Translations under genes and position numbers: made by a program
The notes under the pieces: model-generated
Database searches by the model: none
What the model was told of the DNA's origin: nothing
The model's input: the letters and a program-made list of their open reading frames with translations, nothing else
Assembly: GCF_000020025.1 (NCBI RefSeq)
Contig: NC_010628.1
Coordinates: forward strand, 3,360,001-3,392,000
Source of the DNA: Nostoc punctiforme PCC 73102
Lineage (GTDB): Bacteria > Cyanobacteriota > Cyanobacteriia > Cyanobacteriales > Nostocaceae
Length of the DNA stretch: 32,000 bases
Direction: 5' to 3'
Shown: positions 26,027 to 32,000 of the stretch, in pieces
How the letters are laid out: every line of letters begins with the position of its first letter
Numbering within the stretch: position 1 is the stretch's first letter

Positions 26027-27511
26027 GTGACTCAAACTAACAACAAAAATAACCTTCTAGAGGAACCAGATTTAGGGACTTTCATCGCTCAGACTACTGC
26101 TACAGATAAATGGCAAGTATTGTCGTACAAAGCCCCAATCCTACCCATACATGCCGCCCTTCTTCGTACTGGTAAGATATTCTTTTTCTGTGGTTCAGGT
26201 AACGATCCGGCTCGGTTAAATACTCCCTATGACAGTGTGGTTTGGGATGTAAACAAGGGAACCTTTACCCATCAAGCACCTCCATTAGATAGTAATAATC
26301 AACCTATTGACCTTTTTTGCGCTGGTCACTCCTTCCGCTCTGAGGGTCTGCTAATGGTTGCAGGTGGAACTCTGCGCTATGACCCATTTTATGGTTCACC
26401 CTCTGCTCTACTGTTTGATCCCATTACCGAGAAATGGGTCAAGATCCCATCAATGAATAATGGCCGCTGGTATCCTACTGTGTTAACACTAGGCAGCGGT
26501 CGGATCTTTGCACTGTCTGGACCGGATAAAGATGGCAAGCTAAACAGACAACCAGAAATTTATTCTGTTACATTTTCAAATGGCTGGAATGCTTTTCCAA
26601 TAACTAGCCCCTTTCCGGCATACGCGCAATTGTTTCTATTGAGTAGTGGGAAAATTTTTTATTCAGGCGCTCAGATGGGCAATTCTGGAGTAGCGCCAAC
26701 TATACTAACCCTGCCAGATACATTTACGCAAAGCATTGCAGAAAAAGTTGTGCCAGGACTACAAAACCCAGATTTCGGTAATCAAGGTGCCAGCGTGCTT
26801 TTACCACCTGCACAAGACCAAAAAGTTATGATTATCGGTGGGGGTAATAGTACTACAGCAACAAACAGGGTAAATATTGTAGATTTAAAAGCTACTAATC
26901 CAACTTACGTAGCAGCAAAGTCTCTAAATTATGCTCGGATGCATCACAGCGCTGTTTTATTGCCCGATCGCACAGTGTTTGTTTGTAATGGTAGCAAAAT
27001 GAGTGAGGACACAACACAATCAATGCTGCCAGCAGAAATCTACAATCCAGCCACAAATACCTGGACAGTAGTAGCTAAACAAAGTGTCCCCCGTGTATAT
27101 CACTCTGTGGCCTTGCTGCTGCCAGATGGTAGGGTAGTTGCAGCTGGGGGGAACCCTCAACGGACTGTCAATGAACTGCGATTAGAAATTTACAGTCCTG
27201 CGTATATGTCGCGTTCACGACCAATTATTCAGAGCGCTCCTCAAACATTGAGCTACGGACTGCAATTTACGATTCAGACACCCCAGGCTGGAAATATTAA
27301 ATGGGTTAGTTTGATTAGACCAATGGCAACCACTCATTCCTGCGATACAGAACAAAGGATAGTCGATGTGCCGATTAATTCTAGAAACTCTACTTCTCTG
27401 AATGTCACGGTAACAAACAATCGAAACATAGCGCCGCCAGGGTGGTACATGCTTTTTATTAGTGACAGCAATGGGACACCTTCAGTAGCAACCTGGACGC
27501 GAATATTTTAG
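26027..27511 (+). CDS. Copper radical oxidase (galactose oxidase / glyoxal oxidase-like; kelch beta-propeller plus C-terminal DUF1929/E-set domain)
   Basis: Motifs correspond to the radical-copper site: FCAGHS (crosslinked Cys), GRWYPT (crosslinked Tyr), RVYHSVALLLPDGRV (axial Tyr and His), TTHSCDTEQR (His). GTG start. No N-terminal signal peptide is visible. Confidence 0.8.
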   Translation: MTQTNNKNNLLEEPDLGTFIAQTTATDKWQVLSYKAPILPIHAALLRTGKIFFFCGSGNDPARLNTPYDSVVWDVNKGTFTHQAPPLDSNNQPIDLFCAGHSFRSEGLLMVAGGTLRYDPFYGSPSALLFDPITEKWVKIPSMNNGRWYPTVLTLGSGRIFALSGPDKDGKLNRQPEIYSVTFSNGWNAFPITSPFPAYAQLFLLSSGKIFYSGAQMGNSGVAPTILTLPDTFTQSIAEKVVPGLQNPDFGNQGASVLLPPAQDQKVMIIGGGNSTTATNRVNIVDLKATNPTYVAAKSLNYARMHHSAVLLPDRTVFVCNGSKMSEDTTQSMLPAEIYNPATNTWTVVAKQSVPRVYHSVALLLPDGRVVAAGGNPQRTVNELRLEIYSPAYMSRSRPIIQSAPQTLSYGLQFTIQTPQAGNIKWVSLIRPMATTHSCDTEQRIVDVPINSRNSTSLNVTVTNNRNIAPPGWYMLFISDSNGTPSVATWTRIF

Positions 27512-27559
27512 CCTTACCCATTTAACTTAATAAAAGTCATTAATTCTAGGAGGGGAAAT

Positions 27560-28510
27560 ATGAATTCCAAGCTCTCACGTCGGCAGTTTGGCCAGTTGGC
27601 AATTGCTGGAACTGTAGTATCTGGGCTTAGTTATTTAACCAACAAAGCCTTGGCGCAAACACCAAGTTTAAATCCAAGTTTAAATAATATTGTCGGTATA
27701 ACTTCTGGTTCTATCATCACCACAGACAAAGCGGTTATTCCAGAGGGAAACACCACTGAATTAGATAGCACTGCCTCAAACAATATATCCACAGATATTA
27801 AGCCTGTAGGACTTGTTTTGCAATCCTTAACTACAGGAAATAGTCAGGTACTTGCAAATAGTACGCCTTTAGCAGAGCCTGGTGAGATATTAAATATAAG
27901 TGGCTTCACTTCTTTAAGCGATGGCACACTTGTTGTAGCCACTACTCCTGTTACGATTAGCAAGAAACTGGCAACACCTACTCGGATTACATTTTTGGGT
28001 ACGCCTATAAAAACTTTGATAGTCTCAGGACTTAAACAGAATCAACAGCTTGGGAGTTTGCTAGGCACTAATGATGGGCGACTCATCGGTCTAGTAGGTA
28101 AAAAGAACGGTACACCACCAATTTTATTGGTAGATATTAACCTTCAAACAGGAGAAATAAGTTCTATTAATAAGATTAAATTCCCGAACGATGAGCGGGT
28201 TAGCAATCTAGCTGAGTGTCCAGATGGAAAACTCTATACTTCTTTAGTTGGATTTCATGGTGATACAACTTTGGTGCAGCTAGATTCAAATCAAAAAAAG
28301 CCAATCAGACTGGCACAATTGAAAGTTGATGGTAAAGAATGGAATAATGGCTTACAAAGCTTAGTTTGCTCTGCAACAGGTCAACTCCTTGCATTGGGAG
28401 CTATGAGGTATGAAACACCTAATGCTGTGTATAGCGTAGATAAGAACAGTGGAAACATGACTCGGCTACAAGACTTTGACGTTGCTCAGATTGCAATTGC
28501 TCGTAGGTAG
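27560..28510 (+). CDS. Tat-signal protein of unknown function, beta-rich with repeated DG.L blades
   Basis: MNSKLSRRQFGQLAIAGTVVSGLSYLTNKALAQ is a twin-arginine signal (SRRQFG, h-region, ALA cleavage site). The SD AGGAGGGG lies 6 nt upstream, and the gene starts 48 nt after the oxidase stop. Confidence 0.7.
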   Translation: MNSKLSRRQFGQLAIAGTVVSGLSYLTNKALAQTPSLNPSLNNIVGITSGSIITTDKAVIPEGNTTELDSTASNNISTDIKPVGLVLQSLTTGNSQVLANSTPLAEPGEILNISGFTSLSDGTLVVATTPVTISKKLATPTRITFLGTPIKTLIVSGLKQNQQLGSLLGTNDGRLIGLVGKKNGTPPILLVDINLQTGEISSINKIKFPNDERVSNLAECPDGKLYTSLVGFHGDTTLVQLDSNQKKPIRLAQLKVDGKEWNNGLQSLVCSATGQLLALGAMRYETPNAVYSVDKNSGNMTRLQDFDVAQIAIARR

Positions 28511-28518
28511 AAGGGATT

Positions 28519-28594
28519 GGCTAAAACCCTTATACCTATTGCCTGTTGCCTATTGCCTTATTTCAACGACAATTATTTACGCTTACTTACTTAA
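28519..28594. repeat. 76-bp dispersed repeat, copy B (inverted relative to 13583-13658)
   Basis: It fills the whole convergent intergenic gap between 28510 and 28591 and overlaps the rbsK stop codon. Confidence 0.65.
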
Positions 28595-29523
28595 TCTCTG
28601 ACAGATGCCTTTTCCCTAAGAAAGGCATCAAATGTAAACCTATCGGGTAGTGAAGTTTGTGCGCCTGATTTTGTCGTCGCTAAAGCACCTGCTGCTGCGC
28701 CCCAAACAACTGCTTGATGTAAAGAAAATCCTGCAAAAAGTGCCGCCGTTAAGCCACCATTAAAAGCATCGCCAGCTGCTACTGTGTCAACTGCATGAAC
28801 TGGAAAGACGGGGACAAAAAACTTTTCCTCAGCAGTGGCACAAAAAACACCTTTAGCACCAAGTTTAACAATCGCACATTTCACACCCCGTTGTAATAAA
28901 ACTTCAGCAGCCTTTGCCGCTTGTTCCTCTCCATCCACAGGAAAACCCACTAGCTGCGCGGCTTCAACTTCATTGGGTGTAATAATGTCCACTAATGGAT
29001 AAAGTTCATCTGGAAAATTAGATTGTGCGGGTGCTGGATCGAGAATTACCCTGATTTTGCTTTTTCTTGCTGCTGTAGCAGCTGCAATCACGGTAGTAAT
29101 TGGAATTTCTAATTGTAAAAGCAGTGCTGTCGCTTCTGGTAATAACTGCGACAATCGTTCTACATCTTCTTGATTGACACGCCCATTTGCACCAGGAATT
29201 ACAATAATTTGATTTTCCCCAGCATGATTTACGGCGATAATAGCAACTCCAGAACTAACAGTTTCATCCACAAAAATATTATCAATCTGCACACCAGATG
29301 ATTGCAAATTGTTGACAAGTTCCACACCAAAATCGTCTGCACCGACACGCCCCACCATTTGGGTAGGAATTCCCAGTTTTGCTAATGCTACAGCTTGATT
29401 CGCTCCTTTACCTCCCGAAACTTTAAAAAATTCTTCTCCTAGCAACGTTTCTCCTGGGACTGGCAATCGGGGTGTTGTTGCTACCAAGTCTATATTTATG
29501 CTGCCAAAGACGATAATGCTCAT
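28591..29523 (-). CDS. rbsK: Ribokinase (PfkB family)
   Basis: VFGSINIDLV, GGKGANQAVA and the C-terminal DTVAAGDAFNGG (PfkB signature 2) are present. Confidence 0.9.
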   Translation of the reverse strand: MSIIVFGSINIDLVATTPRLPVPGETLLGEEFFKVSGGKGANQAVALAKLGIPTQMVGRVGADDFGVELVNNLQSSGVQIDNIFVDETVSSGVAIIAVNHAGENQIIVIPGANGRVNQEDVERLSQLLPEATALLLQLEIPITTVIAAATAARKSKIRVILDPAPAQSNFPDELYPLVDIITPNEVEAAQLVGFPVDGEEQAAKAAEVLLQRGVKCAIVKLGAKGVFCATAEEKFFVPVFPVHAVDTVAAGDAFNGGLTAALFAGFSLHQAVVWGAAAGALATTKSGAQTSLPDRFTFDAFLREKASVRD

Positions 29524-29660
29524 TTTTGTTGATCTTTAAAGCCATTTAGCGTATAGTCCAAGCGATTGCTACGGTTTATAGGTCTAACTTTTTCCAATTG
29601 CAGCATGACATTGAATCGCTACACATCTGTTATTTCATCTTAACTGTTAGCTGATAACAA

Positions 29661-30983
29661 TCATCCCAAAATACTTTGTAATAGCAACCAAATATTTAAA
29701 CCTACGATAACAATAGCAACTAACCAGGCCAACGATTTCAACCACAAGGGATTTACAAACTCACCCATCAAGCGGCGATTACTCGTAAACATCACCAATG
29801 GAATCACTGCAAATGGTAACTGTAAACTGAGGATAACTTGGCTGAGAACTATCAGACTGCTTGTACTATTTTCACCAAAAATAATGATAGTAATTAACGC
29901 TGGAATGATTGCAATCAGACGGGTTATTAAACGGCGTAACCAAGATGGAAAGCGAAATTGTAAAAAGCCTTCCATAACAATTTGTCCTGCCAGAGTTGCA
30001 GTTAGCGTTGAACTTTGTCCAGAAGCAAGTAAAGCAATGCCAAAAATAGCACTGGCAGCACTAACTCCTAACAATGGTGAAAGTAATTTATAAGCGTCTT
30101 GAATTTCTGCCACATGCTGATTACCAGAAAAATGAAATGTTGCGGCAGACACAATTAAAATTGCTGAGTTGATAAATAGTGCTAAAGATAAAGCAAAAGT
30201 TGAATCAATTGTACCAAACTTAATTGCTTCCCATCTTTTTTCAGTATTAGGCTGCCAACTACGGGTTTGTACAATTGAGGAGTGTAAATATAAGTTGTGA
30301 GGCATCACTGTCGCCCCTAAAATACCAATAGCAATGTAGAGCATTTCTGGATTCTGTAAAATCTCTTTCTTGGGCAGATATCCCAATAAAATTCCCCCCA
30401 TATCAGGGCGAGAAAACAGAATTTCAGCTGTAAAACAGATGCCTACTGTTCCTACCAGCATTATTACTAGGGCTTCTGTATAGCGAAAGCCTTTATGTTG
30501 CAAAAATAACAATAGTAGGACATCCACTGCTGTGATGCAAACACCCCATACTAAGGGAATACCGAATAAAAGTTGCAGTGCGATCGCACTTCCTAGTAGT
30601 TCTGCTAAATCACAAGCTGCGATCGCAATTTCACACAGTACCCACAAGCAAAAACTAACCTTTGGACTGAAATAGTCTCGACAAGCCTGTGCTAGATCTC
30701 GCCCTGTAGCAACTCCCAAACGTACACAGAGTGATTGGAGTAATATTGCCATCAGGTTCGACAGCAGGATCACTGTTAATAGAGTGTACCCAAACCTTGA
30801 ACCCCCAGCGATATCTGTTGCCCAATTTCCAGGATCAATATATCCCACTGAAACCAGATACCCTGGCCCTGTATAAGCCATCATCTTGCGCCAAAAGCTG
30901 CTGCTGTTAGGAACTCCAATGCTACGGTGAACCTCTGGTAAGCTAGGTTTGTTTTCTGGGGGAGTCATTTGCTGTGCCGTCAA
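29661..30983 (-). CDS. mntH: NRAMP-family divalent metal (Mn2+/Fe2+):proton symporter MntH
   Basis: GPGYLVSVGYIDPGNWATDIAGG (DPGN motif), ATVMPHNLYLHSS and ~11 TM segments. The track start is TTG 30983; an ATG at 30968 is the more likely start. Confidence 0.9.
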   Translation of the reverse strand: MTAQQMTPPENKPSLPEVHRSIGVPNSSSFWRKMMAYTGPGYLVSVGYIDPGNWATDIAGGSRFGYTLLTVILLSNLMAILLQSLCVRLGVATGRDLAQACRDYFSPKVSFCLWVLCEIAIAACDLAELLGSAIALQLLFGIPLVWGVCITAVDVLLLLFLQHKGFRYTEALVIMLVGTVGICFTAEILFSRPDMGGILLGYLPKKEILQNPEMLYIAIGILGATVMPHNLYLHSSIVQTRSWQPNTEKRWEAIKFGTIDSTFALSLALFINSAILIVSAATFHFSGNQHVAEIQDAYKLLSPLLGVSAASAIFGIALLASGQSSTLTATLAGQIVMEGFLQFRFPSWLRRLITRLIAIIPALITIIIFGENSTSSLIVLSQVILSLQLPFAVIPLVMFTSNRRLMGEFVNPLWLKSLAWLVAIVIVGLNIWLLLQSILG

Positions 30984-30989
30984 ATCTTC

Positions 30990-31009
30990 TCATATTCTTT
31001 TCATATTCT
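30990..31009. promoter_or_regulatory. Two 9-bp direct repeats TCATATTCT with an 11-bp period, immediately upstream of mntH
   Basis: TCATATTCT (30990-30998), then TT, then TCATATTCT (31001-31009). The spacing is one helical turn. Confidence 0.3.
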
Positions 31010-31087
31010 CATAAAATATAGAATAAACATCAACCTTTAGGTAAGTATGGACAAATCACTTGGGTTAGCGAGATTTTGCCTGGGAAT

Positions 31088-31126
31088 ATACCCCCTAACT
31101 CACGGTTTTAATAAGTTAGGGGGTAT
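31088..31126. other. Perfect 13-bp-stem hairpin in the sulP-mntH intergenic region
   Basis: ATACCCCCTAACT (13-nt loop) AGTTAGGGGGTAT. There is no good U-tract on either strand, so terminator function is uncertain. Confidence 0.35.
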
Positions 31127-31220
31127 CTAGCTTTCAGGTTTTCAGTGCGTAAATCCTGAAGTATTAGGTTTTACTTGTCATTACAAACATCAATTTTGCT
31201 CTGTTAACAGCAAAATATTC

Positions 31221-32000
31221 TCAGTCATTTAATTCCTTCAAATCAGCCGCGACAGGTTGAGAACATCTTTGGATTTGAGGAGAGATAGAGCAAATTGCAT
31301 CTGTCGTTGTTTCAAAACAATTTGATAATCCAATTGTTTTTAACAATCCTGTTCGTTCTAATAGTTGTTTGACTTCGGGTTGTAAACCTGTGAGAATTAA
31401 GCGGCAATTGTGCCGTTCTAAGTCGTGGTAAATATCCTCTAAAGCTACTAATCCAGTTGTGTCCATATTTGGTACAAAGCGCAGCCGGAGAATTAAATAT
31501 TTCACTTCCGGTTCATCGCGGAGGAAGGTAGCAAAGCGTTCAGCAGCACCAAAAAATACGGGGCCATCTATGCGATAAACGGCAATTTCCTTACCTAATT
31601 CCAGAGGAGTACCAGGGGGAAATACTTCGGTTTCAGGTATTTTAACTAGACTTAAATCGCTCATCCGTTTGATGAACAATGCTCCGGCTGCAATCAATCC
31701 TACTTCTACAGCGAGAACTAAATCAAACAAGATTGTTACTAGCCAGGTGAGAATCATTACCGCAAAGTCAGAGTAGGTAGCACGCATCAATAAACCAATG
31801 GCTTCCCATTCAATCATCCGCACACTAACTACCATCAGAATGCCAGCAAGTGCTGCTAAAGGAATCTGTGCTGCTAGGGGTGCTAAAGTTAAAACAATAA
31901 TAGCTAAAGCAACACCGTGAATTACCCCAGATAGTCGAGTTTTGCCGCCCGAACGGACATTGACAGCAGTCCGAGCGATCGCACCTGTTGCCGGGATGCC
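31221..32000 (-). CDS. SulP family anion transporter, C-terminal part including the STAS domain; 5' end beyond the right edge
   Basis: The frame stays open from 31835 to 32000 when translated by hand (GIPATGAIARTAVNVRSGGKTRLSGVIHG...), which is the conserved SulP TM region. A STAS-like region follows (YLILRLRFVPNMDTTGLVALEDI). Confidence 0.9.
   Translation of the reverse strand, partial: GIPATGAIARTAVNVRSGGKTRLSGVIHGVALAIIVLTLAPLAAQIPLAALAGILMVVSVRMIEWEAIGLLMRATYSDFAVMILTWLVTILFDLVLAVEVGLIAAGALFIKRMSDLSLVKIPETEVFPPGTPLELGKEIAVYRIDGPVFFGAAERFATFLRDEPEVKYLILRLRFVPNMDTTGLVALEDIYHDLERHNCRLILTGLQPEVKQLLERTGLLKTIGLSNCFETTTDAICSISPQIQRCSQPVAADLKELND

Noticed and set aside
30984-31220. Mn-sensing (yybP-ykoY) or other riboswitch in the mntH leader
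   Set aside because: I could not find the conserved four-way-junction or L1/L3 sequence features. The 13-bp hairpin at 31088-31126 stands alone and is closer to the sulP 3' end.

Overview
The window looks like chromosomal DNA from a filamentous, Nostoc/Anabaena-type cyanobacterium. This is inferred from the very frequent HIP1 octamer GCGATCGC, heptamer (STRR-like) tandem repeats, and several families of short dispersed repeats in the intergenic regions. Most genes are ordinary housekeeping or envelope functions: ExoIII (partial), a GT4 glycosyltransferase, a Zn-dependent alcohol dehydrogenase, a GT39/ArnT-like membrane glycosyltransferase, a VOC protein, a CYTH protein, an Old Yellow Enzyme, MazG, a DUF2227-like membrane protein, tRNA-Val(UAC), KDPG aldolase, two L,D-transpeptidase paralogs, a polysaccharide deacetylase, an aspartoacylase, a Xi-class GST, ribokinase, NRAMP MntH and a SulP transporter (partial). 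I did not recognise any complete known defence system, CRISPR array, rRNA or intact IS element. The accessory-looking part is roughly 16.3-21.9 kb. It holds a Uma2 endonuclease, a Phd antitoxin with a VapC toxin killed by one in-frame TAA, a short lid-less Hsp70-family protein, and a ~1 kb low-GC (~29%) islet. The islet carries an orphan ParB/Srx-like gene, is bracketed by a 12/13 direct repeat, and has terminator-bounded non-coding stretches on both sides. This islet is my best candidate for something undescribed, but the call rests on motif reading only. Other points worth a second look: a full-length large-serine-recombinase homolog whose catalytic residues all appear substituted; a signal-less copper-radical (galactose/glyoxal) oxidase followed by a Tat-signal protein; a 133-bp MITE with perfect 10-bp target duplications; a 76-bp inverted repeat pair 15 kb apart; and 11-bp-phased direct repeats upstream of mntH. 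All homology statements come from reading motifs by eye; no searches were run.
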